A stretch of 64,000 bases of DNA from NCBI GenBank assembly GCA_937625935.1, contig OW569372.1:310001-374000 (forward strand), in the 5' to 3' direction. The notes under the pieces were generated by a model that was given only the letters and a program-made list of their open reading frames with translations, was not told the DNA's origin and searched no databases. Position 1 is the stretch's first letter; each line of letters opens with the position of its first letter. Positions 10,466 through 21,454 of this stretch are shown here, one piece after another. This stretch comes from Tetramitus jugosus. Taxonomy: Eukaryota; Protista; Heterolobosea. The position numbers were made by a program, and so were the translations under genes.

Positions 10466-10782
10466 ATGAGATATGCACACCCTCATCACAACACCACTGG
10501 TGGTGTCTGGGGTCTCTTACGAAGAAGAAAACATGTCTTGTATATTGTGATTCTTCTTTTTTGCCTCTTCTTTGCTCTGAATGTATTGATTGCCAATGGT
10601 TATCTTCCCTTTTCATCTTCCACGGTTCTCCCGGCACAACCAGAAGAAGATTCGCATGGCAAAACAACACCACCCATTAAAATTATAAAAGATGAGCCAA
10701 TACAGCAACAACAACAAATCAACAATAACAATCCGACCCCAACACCTCCACCACCACCAACTACAGTTGTTGTGACTCCTCC

Positions 10783-10813
<31 letters not shown>

Positions 10814-12493
10814 CCACCACCACCACCACCAAAAACTACTACTACTCCATCCTCACCATCTTCATCCTCAACATCATCAAGTAACTCTATTGTCAAGACG
10901 AGTGACTATCATCCAATATACAATCAATTGTTGAGCAAGTTGGCGCCAGGTTATGATCCCAGTTCATTTTTTATTGCGATTGTAGCAACGGATCGACCAC
11001 AGTATCTTACTGCCACTCTGAGATCGCTGAGTCAAGTACTATATTGGAACAGAGAGAACACTGTTGTTTATCAGTATGGAGATGATGCCAAAATCAATCA
11101 AATTGTCAGTACTTTCAAGCTGAAGCAGATTAAAAATCCAAAGACCACCATGATTGATGGAAGACCTGTATCCGAAGGTGCTGAACACATTTCCTATCAT
11201 TATCGATTTGTGATGAATCACGTGTTTTCGAACAATCCTAGTTTGAAGCATTTTATTATTGTGGAAGACGACATGTTGTTCGCACCGGATTTCTTGCTCT
11301 ATTTTGCTCAGTTGGCCCCTGTCATGGACAAGGATCCAATGGTGTATGCAATCAGTGCTTACAATGACAATGGATTTATGGGAAAGGCCACTTTGGACAA
11401 TATGGCCTATCGAACTGATTTCTTTATTGGTCTTGGTTGGTTGGTGAGTAGAAAGCATTGGACAGAGGAATGGTCTCGTCATTGGCCTCGATCTCACTGG
11501 GATCACTTTTTACGTGCATCAAACAATCGAAAGGGTAGACATACTCTGTATCCTGAGGTGTCTCGTGTGTATCACTCTGGCTACCAAGGAACTCACTCCA
11601 CAGTTGCCATGTATGAACAATACTTTAGAGATATTGTGTTGAATAGTCACGGTTTCGCCCCGTTAGGAATTTCTGAAGCTCCATTTAAGAATGAAAACGA
11701 CAAGAAATATGTGATGAATGTTGCTCGCACGGATGCTCATACGATCGATTATTTGTACTCGGACGAGTATGGAAAGTTCTTCTTCTCCATGCTTGATCCA
11801 AATAATCCAGACACAATCTATGTTAACGATCCAAAGCAGGTTGAGGAGTACAAGAATAAGAACTTGGTCTTCCTTTTGACTACTGATCATGCACACAACA
11901 GGGCATGGCTCTATGTTTCAAAGTACTTCGATATTTGGCATACGATACCTGTGAGAGGGTCATATGATGACATACCAATGTTCAAATTCAATGGTAATAG
12001 GGTCTTCTTTATATTCAGTTTTTCACACCATTTCTCAAAGTATAGTCAACATGGCAAGGCATTGGATCATAGATCATTCCATGGAAAGAAACCTACTATT
12101 CCTCACAGCGAATCGATTATTCAGATCAATGTAGCAGATAATGGCGTATCATGCTCTAGGATGTGCTATGAGAAGTATGGAGAAGCTGCCAAATGTGACA
12201 CATTTAAGCTTGAGGATCTTAACAACTGTGCCTCCTTACGTCATTATTTCAACTGTGATAAATGCGAGGGAAGTATTGGCAATGATCAACCAGCTTTAAA
12301 CGCTGAAACGAATACCTGCTTATACAATTCTGGTAGCAATAGACACAGAACTACATGTCAAGGATTCCATGCGAGCACAAAGCGTTTGTGCGCTTGCTTT
12401 GACCCAGCTCGTGTGAGCATTTTCCATGACGAATGGGAAGCCATGATATCCAATGCACACAAACAAGCTACAGAACCATTTATGGAGCCGTAG
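10466..12493 (+). CDS. GT13 family beta-1,2-N-acetylglucosaminyltransferase (GnT-I/POMGNT1-like), type II membrane, with Cys-rich C-terminal domain
   Basis: N-terminal TM and P/T stem; DRPQYL, ISYHY, IIVEDDM..APDF, ISAYNDNG, YRTDFFIGLGW, WP..HWD, PEVSR. Confidence 0.9.
10780..10830 (+). repeat. Coding trinucleotide microsatellite (ACA)n/(CCA)n; representative of many such tracts in the window
   Basis: Direct reading; encodes the poly-Thr/poly-Pro stem of the GT13 protein. Confidence 0.8.
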
Positions 12494-12843
12494 TTGCTCA
12501 CGCATAAGATGTTGACGAACAAGACTCGTTTCATTTGCGTCGAAACGTTTCAAAAATCAAAAACTCAAAATGAACCACAGCATAAAAGTGCTAGCTATTG
12601 TGTCAGCGATTGCCTTGGTGGGCACCCTGTATTCTATGATTGTTGCTGCATCCTTACTTTCACTGGGGAGACAACGTTCCAAAGTTTACAAGATCGTCAA
12701 ATAATGAATCTCGAAAACTTATTTCAAATGAGCTCTGTTGCCGTACATGTCATCTCCCGCCATTTTGCATACCGTCCCAAAATAAAAAGCTCAAAACTGC
12801 GCCAAGCAAAAACATTGAATATTGATTTCTCAACAACAACATC

Positions 12844-15807
12844 ATGTTCTTTCGCGTTCATATCAATGAACTGTCAAGTCGTTTGGTTGTCGCGAGAAAT
12901 CGGTCTTCTGCAGTGATCATTGATGATGGCAGCAACAACAATAACAATAGCAGTCGTGGTGATGAAAACAGTGCGAGTAAACGTTTGATTCAATTGGATA
13001 TTGCTGCTGAGACTGGTCAAATTATTCGTCGATTGTCATTTGGTCAGATCAAATGTCCTGAAACTACTCAACTGCAAGTGTCTCACGTGACAAACAGTGC
13101 TGTTTCATTCATTTTGAGAACTGCGGGTCAATCATTGGGCAGACATACGATCACGTTGGTTGATTTGAGAGAGAATGCGTTGGATCAGCAGACACGGATA
13201 TTTACATTTGCAAGGAACAACACACATGTGTACAAGTTGTCCATTTCAGTCGAGTTTATTATGTTTAAGTACTCTTTTCAACTCGATCGTATCACGTGCT
13301 TGAATCAAAATCGATGGTTCTCACCGGATCCATTTAGAGCATCTGTCGAATTCAATGCATCAAAGTATGACATGAATGTACAGCCGAGCAATATTTATGA
13401 ATTGGGTTATCTGAAGCAACATGAAGGAGGAAACGTATTCTCTAGTCATCATTTTTCTTTTGTCGCTGTTGGTTCATTCAGAATCAAATTCTCGACCAAA
13501 CGCTTGCTTGTGAAGGACGCATTGATTGATCAATGGGATTTTAATGTGCGAAAATTGGGAGGTGTGAATGATGAAAATAATACGGATGTTGAGCGAACGA
13601 GCGGTATTGCGGATGAGGCGTTAGTTTGGACTCGAAAATTTGAACCGAACAAGGAGGTTCAATTCGTATTCGATTCTGATTCGTGTGTGTCGAGAGTAAC
13701 GACTATTGACTGTGCTACCTGCTCCTACCAGTTGCACTTTTCAATCTCAAAAACGCCCATTTTACCGCTTGAAACACTGCAGAGTATGAAATCTATTCTT
13801 TCAAGAGACCAACAGAGTCAGAGACAATATGAAGAGTCTTTAACGAATGATTATTTGGAGAGAAAGAGAAAACTAAGTGAGGTGAGCAGCAAAACGTTCA
13901 CTTCAATTTCATCTGATAATCAAGTGGAAGTTCTAATAGATGGACTGCAAACATTTGGTCGATATTATCATTATATGATGCAAGCTGAAGAATCAATCGA
14001 TATTTTAGCATGGGAATTAAGTTTATCATTCGGTTTAATTTTTGCTAAAAAAGAATCGAGTCTTTATAAGCAATTTCTCGATCCAAGTTCAGGCGATTCG
14101 ATGAATATGGAGTTTTCTCCTCAGTTGAAAGAGACAGAGCAATTAGATTTCAAAAAGTATTATGATTACTTGAAGTTTTTGAATAGAATGTTCCAGACAT
14201 CATTTCCTCAATTAAAGTCCAAGGGTAGATGGATTACCCTTCAAGACGTAATCCTTACCAAGGCAGCGAATGGAGTTAAAATCAGGTTGATGGTATGGCG
14301 TCATAAACTTCTCTCATATTTAATGAAGTTTGCCTACTTGGGTGAGGTAACAATCGAACGTGAGGCAGAGAAGCTTAAGAAAAGGGCTGCAAAGTTAGGG
14401 TTAAAGGTTGCCATCTTTCATACAGATTTCGATCTTCCCTCTGCCTCTTCTCCTTACGCGGATCCCTACTCTGAAAATTGGAAGCATGACAATGCTAATA
14501 TCGTACTTGTCATTGTAGGCAACCCAAAGGGAATGGTGAGTTGCCATCACGAAAAACTATTACTTATTGATGCGGAGAAACCTGAAAGGTGTGTTTCATT
14601 TATAGGTGGTTACGATATAGCGAGAGGAAGATATGATCAACCTCTCCATCTGCCTCCAATATCAACATGGAGTTGGGGCACTCTTTTAAAATCTTCTATG
14701 AGAAGGAGCGAGGATGTTAATTTTGATGACGAGTCAATTCAACCATTCCTACGAAATATTCGACTCTTATGGCACGACAATCAGCTCATGATTAGAGGAT
14801 CGGCCACTCGTATCTTCCACCTGCATTTTGTGCAACGATGGACTCATGCATTTACAGGTGATAATCACAAAGTGAGAGAATTAACACTTCGTGAATTCTC
14901 AGGAGGTACGCCAATGAGTGACCCAGAAAATGCTTCAATTCATAAGAATGTAACATTACGTGTCCTACGGTCGTGGCCTGGAGTGTTTGCTACACACACA
15001 CTTGTCGACAACTTTTGTAACTTAATACGAAGCGCTCAGGACTATATATATGTTGAGCATCAATATCCTTTCCATAATGTATCTCTGACCCAATGCATAT
15101 GTGAAAGTTTGCAGAGAAACAAAAATCTCAAAGTGATTATTATTGTACCAGTGCGAACAGATTTACCTACCGGTATTGTGGGCCGATACTTTGATGCCAG
15201 CCAGGATCAAATTGATGAACACTTGCGATTGATATTCAGCATTGCACCAACACGAGTTGGAGTTTATGGTCTTGTGACACAAGAACCTAAGTCGAAAATT
15301 TTGAAATCAATATATGTTCACTCAAAACTTGTAATAGTGGATGGAAAGGTGATGGCCAATGGTAGCGCAAATATGGATACTCTGTCATTCTTCAAATCAT
15401 CAGAGTTCAATGTTAATGTATTTAATGAAGCAATAAGTAAGGAAACTTTAGAGCGATTGGTACGAGAACACTTAGAGGATTGCTATACTGACGAGATGAA
15501 GAATGATTTTGGACATGTATTCGATGCATTCCGCACAGCTGGTGACCTGAATTTTGAAACATTACGAGACAAGGGAGTACTTTCTGGTCGCGTGTTCCCT
15601 ATTGTCCCTCAAGAACGTTATCGGTTAATCACAACTCTGGTCAATTATCCAAACCAAATATCCAAAGCGTTATTCAAGTTAGGTGTATCGCCTGATCTCA
15701 TTGTGCAAAACATGATTAATAACGTCAAAGAAAGTGTGGACACAGACGCTGCAGAGAGCAGCTCAAGCACAACCAGAACCAAATTTTATCTGTACAGCAA
15801 CTTATAA
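12844..15807 (+). CDS. Phospholipase D (two HKD motifs)
   Basis: HHEKLLLID...GGYDIARGRYD and YVHSKLVIVD...GSANMD; WHD; IYVEHQY. Confidence 0.92.
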   Translation: MFFRVHINELSSRLVVARNRSSAVIIDDGSNNNNNSSRGDENSASKRLIQLDIAAETGQIIRRLSFGQIKCPETTQLQVSHVTNSAVSFILRTAGQSLGRHTITLVDLRENALDQQTRIFTFARNNTHVYKLSISVEFIMFKYSFQLDRITCLNQNRWFSPDPFRASVEFNASKYDMNVQPSNIYELGYLKQHEGGNVFSSHHFSFVAVGSFRIKFSTKRLLVKDALIDQWDFNVRKLGGVNDENNTDVERTSGIADEALVWTRKFEPNKEVQFVFDSDSCVSRVTTIDCATCSYQLHFSISKTPILPLETLQSMKSILSRDQQSQRQYEESLTNDYLERKRKLSEVSSKTFTSISSDNQVEVLIDGLQTFGRYYHYMMQAEESIDILAWELSLSFGLIFAKKESSLYKQFLDPSSGDSMNMEFSPQLKETEQLDFKKYYDYLKFLNRMFQTSFPQLKSKGRWITLQDVILTKAANGVKIRLMVWRHKLLSYLMKFAYLGEVTIEREAEKLKKRAAKLGLKVAIFHTDFDLPSASSPYADPYSENWKHDNANIVLVIVGNPKGMVSCHHEKLLLIDAEKPERCVSFIGGYDIARGRYDQPLHLPPISTWSWGTLLKSSMRRSEDVNFDDESIQPFLRNIRLLWHDNQLMIRGSATRIFHLHFVQRWTHAFTGDNHKVRELTLREFSGGTPMSDPENASIHKNVTLRVLRSWPGVFATHTLVDNFCNLIRSAQDYIYVEHQYPFHNVSLTQCICESLQRNKNLKVIIIVPVRTDLPTGIVGRYFDASQDQIDEHLRLIFSIAPTRVGVYGLVTQEPKSKILKSIYVHSKLVIVDGKVMANGSANMDTLSFFKSSEFNVNVFNEAISKETLERLVREHLEDCYTDEMKNDFGHVFDAFRTAGDLNFETLRDKGVLSGRVFPIVPQERYRLITTLVNYPNQISKALFKLGVSPDLIVQNMINNVKESVDTDAAESSSSTTRTKFYLYSNL

Positions 15808-15823
15808 ATTGTCCTAATTTATG

Positions 15824-17323
15824 TTATATGTATCTGTGTGATTGATGTTTGTGAAGCCAACTCTCGAGGAAGGTAGCCAATAGACCAGCAAGAGAGATTC
15901 CAAATGAATCAGCATTGCTGACAACTGAAATACTGTACTCTCTGTACTTTGGTTCAATGTCAATCGACATTCTATAGTAGGTGTTCACATAGATGCCACC
16001 ACCGAGCAATCCTTCCCAGAAAATAATAATAAATATGAACCAGATGGCAGGTATGAAACGGAAGTAGGCATCCAAGAACAAGATGACCACATTCAGTGTT
16101 TGCAATACCGCAGGTATCCAAAGTCTTCGAATCGGGAAGAAATTCACCGAAGATCTGCTGATGAAAACACCAATTTGATATACATTGGAGTAGTAAACCC
16201 AATTGTTCGATGTGATTAGTCCAGTCTTAAAGTTAATATTCTGCGCAATACCAAAATTAATCAAATATTCCATAAAGTACACAATTGCCAACGGGAGCAT
16301 GTACTTGACTGTGAGCGGCAAAAGTAACTGCAATCTTTCTCGCACTGTAATTTGATTGTTCGATGAAGTGCGAGTACTCTTCTCTCCATTCTTCTCCATG
16401 TCCTCATCATCTTCCAACACTAGTTTCTTACCACTGCCTGCAGAACAGAATCCGTTTTCTGCATGATGACCCGTCATGAGAATAAAGGCCGAAAAGATCA
16501 TCAAGAAGGGCAATATCGTTGAAATGAGCATAATGTGCTTTGGACTCAAACCGATCCAAGCATGCAATGCCAAATACGTAAATGCACCAAATATTCCAGC
16601 ACCACCTGTTCCACTACTCCATGTCGACACTGTGTTCTTGTGATAAAAGGAAGACATTTGCAAAAAGGTAACTTCACCACCTCCACAACTAATGGCACCG
16701 AGAACAATACCCGACAACATCAGATACTTGTTATTCACAAATGCAATAATGAGGAAACTGGCACTCTGCATCAACACAAACGCAATGACGCGAAGATTGT
16801 ACGGTATCAAATGAAAGTACAGTGGTGCAGTCAGTTTCACAATAAGTGACGGAATAATTTCACACAACAGAATGACACCGGCAAATTTTGGTAACAAGTT
16901 CTCAGCAGCCGATCCGATCAACACATAACCATAATTGTTCAACAGGCCACAAATGAAAAAGGCAACCATGTTTCGCCAACTGTTGGGTGATGACCATGAC
17001 GATGAAGCTTTTTTGGAGGACGAAGCAGATTGATTTTTTGATTTTTTGTTGTTATTGTCATTTCCCTCCTGTTCTTCTTCTTCTTCGTCATATTGTTGTT
17101 GTTGTTCATCAGGTACGTGTGCTCCTTGCTCTTCTTCTTCTTCTTCTTCTCTCTGTTCTTGTTGTTGCTGATCTGAGTATGGACTGCCTATCCTCTTCTT
17201 GTTGATCAGCATTGAGTCATTGTCGTCAAACTCGGTGACTCCTCGAAATTGATTTTCAGCACCATTGGTCAATAATGGACTTGTCACCTTGAGGGTGTCA
17301 TTGTCGTTGTTGGCATCGCTCAT
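15824..17323 (-). CDS. CLN3: Battenin/CLN3 (BTN1) lysosomal membrane protein
   Basis: FFICGLLNNYGYV, GEVTFL, WSSGTGGAG, EYLINFG, YQIGVFISRSS, WEGLLGGGIYVNT; likely start MSDANN at 17323. Confidence 0.93.
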   Translation of the reverse strand: MSDANNDNDTLKVTSPLLTNGAENQFRGVTEFDDNDSMLINKKRIGSPYSDQQQQEQREEEEEEEQGAHVPDEQQQQYDEEEEEQEGNDNNNKKSKNQSASSSKKASSSWSSPNSWRNMVAFFICGLLNNYGYVLIGSAAENLLPKFAGVILLCEIIPSLIVKLTAPLYFHLIPYNLRVIAFVLMQSASFLIIAFVNNKYLMLSGIVLGAISCGGGEVTFLQMSSFYHKNTVSTWSSGTGGAGIFGAFTYLALHAWIGLSPKHIMLISTILPFLMIFSAFILMTGHHAENGFCSAGSGKKLVLEDDEDMEKNGEKSTRTSSNNQITVRERLQLLLPLTVKYMLPLAIVYFMEYLINFGIAQNINFKTGLITSNNWVYYSNVYQIGVFISRSSVNFFPIRRLWIPAVLQTLNVVILFLDAYFRFIPAIWFIFIIIFWEGLLGGGIYVNTYYRMSIDIEPKYREYSISVVSNADSFGISLAGLLATFLESWLHKHQSHRYI

Positions 17324-17462
17324 GATGATGATTGAACGGATGTGTGTAGCGAGATTTCCTTGTTTGTGTTTGTGTTCAATCAAGGAAATTTGATCCAGTT
17401 CCGCGAAAATGTGATCGGGCAGCGAATTTTGTGTGAAATTTGGCAAGCTAAACGGGTCGGTT

Positions 17463-19484
17463 TTATTTCTTTTTACGACTGCGTTTCTTGTTCGAAGCTC
17501 CTTCTTGGCTGTTGGTTGTAGAACTACCATTGTTGGCAATCAGACCCCAGTTGAGTTGCTTTGAAAAGTTGGCCAAGTTTTCCTGCTTGGCACGTTCGTT
17601 ATTTTCGTTGGGCCTCGTCAGATTAGGTGTAAAGTTTGTGAGGAATTGTACATCTTGTGGAGCGTTTTGAATCGTTTGAGGCAAGAGAGCAGGACTTAGT
17701 CTTGGTGTTGGACTTGGTGATACGGATGACTGCTGTGTAGAGTTCGGATTTGGACTAGGGGAGATAGCAGATGGATCGGCTTGCAGATGTTGTGGTTGCT
17801 GTACATGATTGGTTGGAATGTTCAGGTGGTTGTTGGGAATTGGGAGATAAGTCTGCTGCATACCCATTGACAACGGGGATGGACTCATGTGATATCCAAG
17901 ATTACTTGGCTGTACAAATTGAACCATGTTTGCAGGCATCAATGGTTGTGGCATTCCCATAAATGGATAAGTAAAATCATTGTAGAGATTTGCGTACTGT
18001 TGTTGCATCAACATGTGCTGCTGGTGTTGAACTGCAGCAGCGGCAGCAGAGTTGTTGATGTAAAACTGGGTATCTAAAACTAGATCAGACATGGACTGTA
18101 CATGTGGTGGGATATATACATTGGTGGTTGCCTCTGATGTAGCGTTATGAGCTGATGAGTGTGGAGATAGTTGTTCATTAGAACGATCACTCACCATGGT
18201 CTCCTTCATCAAGTCATTGCCACCAAAAGGATTCATCATCATGTTGGGTGTAGGTAAACTGTCTGCCTCACCAACAATTTCACTTTCAACACCTTGATGA
18301 TTGTTGTTGTTGCTGTGATGTAGTATCAGTTTCTCTTCAATGGACAAGATGGAGTCCAACCCAACCTCACTGTCCAACTTTTGATTCTCTTGAATGATAT
18401 TGGACAAGGAATCAAAGTCTGAGAGAGAAGGAGGGTCCCACAGTAAATGACCTGTCGAATCAGTTCGGTTCAACTGTTCCTCCAACTTCATTGTTGCACC
18501 ACCACTCAAACCATCAGCATGATTCTTGTCTGTCATAGTAGCAGTACCAGTGGCAGTAGTTGATGCACCTTCATCCACTGCCTTGAGCGGGGAGATGCTA
18601 ATGGGAGTAATGGCCGATGAGAGAGAGTCAATGAGCAACCATTGATCATCATCGTCATCACCCTCTGCTCCAACAACACCCAAATCATCACTGGTTAACT
18701 TACTGCTTAGTGATTCTTGTTGCTGTTGTTGTTGTTGTTGCTGCTGCTTATTCTGATTTTGTGTTGAACGTTGTTGTTTCTTGGAAACTGGTGTTGGCTG
18801 TCTCTTCTTTGGCTGACTCTTGTTGTTCGTGTGGATTGGTTGTTGCTTCTGTTTTAGCGATAGCATTGGTGGAGAAGAGATGAGCACCCATTCATCTTCT
18901 TCATCTGCTGCCGCTGCTGCTGCCGTAGCACTATGATTGTCTTGATTCCGGAAATGTTCACTCAACCAATTGGATTCATCCGTGGGTGTGGTTGCACTGT
19001 TGAGAGAAAAGCTATTGTTGTTGAATGCATCGACATTACCAGCATCATCATCATCATCGTCATCAAAATCAAAGTTCTCACCCTCTGCATCCGCAATAGT
19101 CTCATCATAATCATCATCATCATCATACTCCTCTTCAATTGCACTGCCAAATGGATGATGCGTATGACATGGAGAAATCAATGACATGATAGGGTCACTA
19201 CTTGTATTATTGTTGTTGTTGTTGTTGTTGCTGATGAAGTCAACTTTGCTTGTTGTCATTGTTGATGATGTGAAATGATGTGCAGTTGTAGTAGCAGTGG
19301 TAGAGGCCACGCGAACATTGGTAGCAGAAGAAGACCGAGAGCTTCCAGTGTTCGGCCGTCTTCTCTTTGGAGGAAACATGGCCATGCTTGTCGTTGTGCT
19401 CGCAGTGCTTGTTGTGAACACATCGTCTTGAACGGACAAGTTGGACAACTCGTCAGAGAGCTCAGAAATGGCATCCATGTTCAT
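17463..19484 (-). CDS. Low-complexity/disordered hypothetical protein with acidic W-x-x-I (LIR-like) motifs
   Basis: 673-aa ORF rich in D/E/Q/N/S/T; DEEDEWVLI and DDDDDQWLLI; basic C-terminus KKRSRKKK. Confidence 0.7.
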   Translation of the reverse strand: MNMDAISELSDELSNLSVQDDVFTTSTASTTTSMAMFPPKRRRPNTGSSRSSSATNVRVASTTATTTAHHFTSSTMTTSKVDFISNNNNNNNNTSSDPIMSLISPCHTHHPFGSAIEEEYDDDDDYDETIADAEGENFDFDDDDDDDAGNVDAFNNNSFSLNSATTPTDESNWLSEHFRNQDNHSATAAAAAADEEDEWVLISSPPMLSLKQKQQPIHTNNKSQPKKRQPTPVSKKQQRSTQNQNKQQQQQQQQQQESLSSKLTSDDLGVVGAEGDDDDDQWLLIDSLSSAITPISISPLKAVDEGASTTATGTATMTDKNHADGLSGGATMKLEEQLNRTDSTGHLLWDPPSLSDFDSLSNIIQENQKLDSEVGLDSILSIEEKLILHHSNNNNHQGVESEIVGEADSLPTPNMMMNPFGGNDLMKETMVSDRSNEQLSPHSSAHNATSEATTNVYIPPHVQSMSDLVLDTQFYINNSAAAAAVQHQQHMLMQQQYANLYNDFTYPFMGMPQPLMPANMVQFVQPSNLGYHMSPSPLSMGMQQTYLPIPNNHLNIPTNHVQQPQHLQADPSAISPSPNPNSTQQSSVSPSPTPRLSPALLPQTIQNAPQDVQFLTNFTPNLTRPNENNERAKQENLANFSKQLNWGLIANNGSSTTNSQEGASNKKRSRKKK

Positions 19485-19944
19485 TCTGTTTGTAGTTATA
19501 GGTTAGCTATTTAGTTGTTGTTGGTATGTAAAGGATAGGTGGTGGTGTGCGTGAAAAACAAATTAGTTTCGGATGTTTTTTGTTGTGTTGGTGGTGGAAG
19601 GGTGGCGGTTTGCTGTGTGGGGAGATTTTTGTTTTTTTATCTGGTTGTGGTTTTTTTTTGGGCAAAGGGTCGTGTATGGAATTGGAAGAACTGCTGAACG
19701 GGTGATTGTAGTGTGTCAGATATCCTTGGATGGTGGGTTGACTTTTTTGTTTCCAATATCTTGGAAGAATCACCACGCAATTAACTCAAGAAAAACAATC
19801 CGATAACAATTTACAACAATGTTCCATGGTGACAATTAGGTGGTGAGCGACTTGAAGAATGAACAAGACCCGTATTGCATCGGAGTCAAAAACTCCATGC
19901 GGGGCGGACCTCAAGAACACAGAAACAACAAAACACTTTTCGAA

Positions 19945-21360
19945 ATGCACAAGACGATCATCACAAGAGTATCCTCATTCCACAAAGCGTTTCCTCCACA
20001 CAGAACGGCAAGGATACAACTACCAACATCATCAACAACAACAACAACAACAACAACATTACCTTCTCTATCATTCCCACCACTCTACCAATTCACTTTT
20101 CGAACACAAATCACCAACAACAACAATAACAACAACAATAACAACAATAATACGAGCAATGACCTTCCAGGGAATACCGAGCATGATGACAACAATAACA
20201 ACAATAACATGAAAAAGAAGAAAAACTCTAACCTCACCTATTATGAACTAAAGAAGGTGAACAGAGGGGAGAGATCCACAGTCATTTACAATCTTTGGCA
20301 AAGTGGAGAGACACAGAGTGCCATGGACAAATTTTTTGAGAAACCAATCTCATCGATCTCTCCCTTTTTGATGACGAGACCGGAGAATAAGCTCGAAGAC
20401 GCTCTAAAGATTTTTTATGCAGTCAAGGCATCCTGTGGCGTCACCATTCCCATGGTTTTAACATTGATGAAACTGTACAAGAAACAAAAAATGTTTTTGG
20501 AGGCAAAGGAGTTGTGCGATGATTTGTTGCACCTCTATCAACAAGAATTGATGGCTCGCAAACCAAAGGTTTCTCAAAAAGAATGGAACACAATGATTCA
20601 AGAGCTAGCAAAGAATTCGAGAGAGGAAGCAGTAAAGGTGTTGAATGATATGATTGAACGAGGATTCAATCCAACAACAATGACGACAGATGCTGTCGAC
20701 AGGTACCTGACGAAGAACGTGAATCAGTCGCAAGCGACACCGCCGATCGCAAATCCAGCAGAAATGGATCAAACGGTTCACAAGAATTTATTCGCGATAT
20801 TTACAAACGAACCAAAGAACAATGAGCATGCCGAGAATGAGAAATCAACACATGTTGAAAGAATACTCCGCTCCATTCCACCAAAGGTTAGAGATGTTGA
20901 GCAATGGAATACGATGATGAAAATTCAAAAGAGAGGTGAGAATCACCGGGAAGTGCTAAATTTGTTTGATGAAATGAAGAGAGAGGGAGTAAAGCTCAAC
21001 AGTACTTCTGTTGTGATCGCTCTACACGCTTGTTCAAAGCTTGCAGATTTAGAAAAGGGACAGGAGGTTGCCATGGAGATAAATCGCGATATGATGGAGA
21101 GCAGTAAATTGAAAAAGGCATTGCTGTTTATGTTTTCTGAATGTGGTGATGTGAATGCTGCATTGACACTCTTTCACAAAATGGAAACAGACGATGTAGA
21201 TGTTTGGAATGCAATGATCTCGATTCTTGCACGTTGTGGAAGGAGTACGCAAGCAGTGAGCTTGTTCCTGCATATGCAAAGAAAAGGAATCACACCCAAC
21301 AACACCTCGGAAGCAATTGTTTCACCTTTAGTACCAGCTTGGTTCCTTCATCCCGAATAG
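19945..21360 (+). CDS. Pentatricopeptide repeat protein (PLS-like C-terminal repeats), probably mitochondrial
   Basis: WNTMIQELAK, WNTMMK..VLNLFDEMKREGVKLN, ALHACSKLADLEKG, MFSECGDVNAALTLF, VWNAMISILARCGRSTQAVSLFLHMQRKGITPN; basic N-terminus; start uncertain. Confidence 0.85.
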   Translation: MHKTIITRVSSFHKAFPPHRTARIQLPTSSTTTTTTTTLPSLSFPPLYQFTFRTQITNNNNNNNNNNNNTSNDLPGNTEHDDNNNNNNMKKKKNSNLTYYELKKVNRGERSTVIYNLWQSGETQSAMDKFFEKPISSISPFLMTRPENKLEDALKIFYAVKASCGVTIPMVLTLMKLYKKQKMFLEAKELCDDLLHLYQQELMARKPKVSQKEWNTMIQELAKNSREEAVKVLNDMIERGFNPTTMTTDAVDRYLTKNVNQSQATPPIANPAEMDQTVHKNLFAIFTNEPKNNEHAENEKSTHVERILRSIPPKVRDVEQWNTMMKIQKRGENHREVLNLFDEMKREGVKLNSTSVVIALHACSKLADLEKGQEVAMEINRDMMESSKLKKALLFMFSECGDVNAALTLFHKMETDDVDVWNAMISILARCGRSTQAVSLFLHMQRKGITPNNTSEAIVSPLVPAWFLHPE

Positions 21361-21454
21361 TCATGCGATGGCATTTTACTATTTTATGAACGAGATCATG
21401 TGTTTATTACTATTATAAGTAATTGATAAATACTTGTTACAATTCTCTTATATC

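Noticed and set aside
17324-17539. N-terminal extension of the CLN3 ORF overlapping the upstream gene
   Set aside because: Non-ATG start in the ORF track; the ATG at 17323 has the usual CA-rich context
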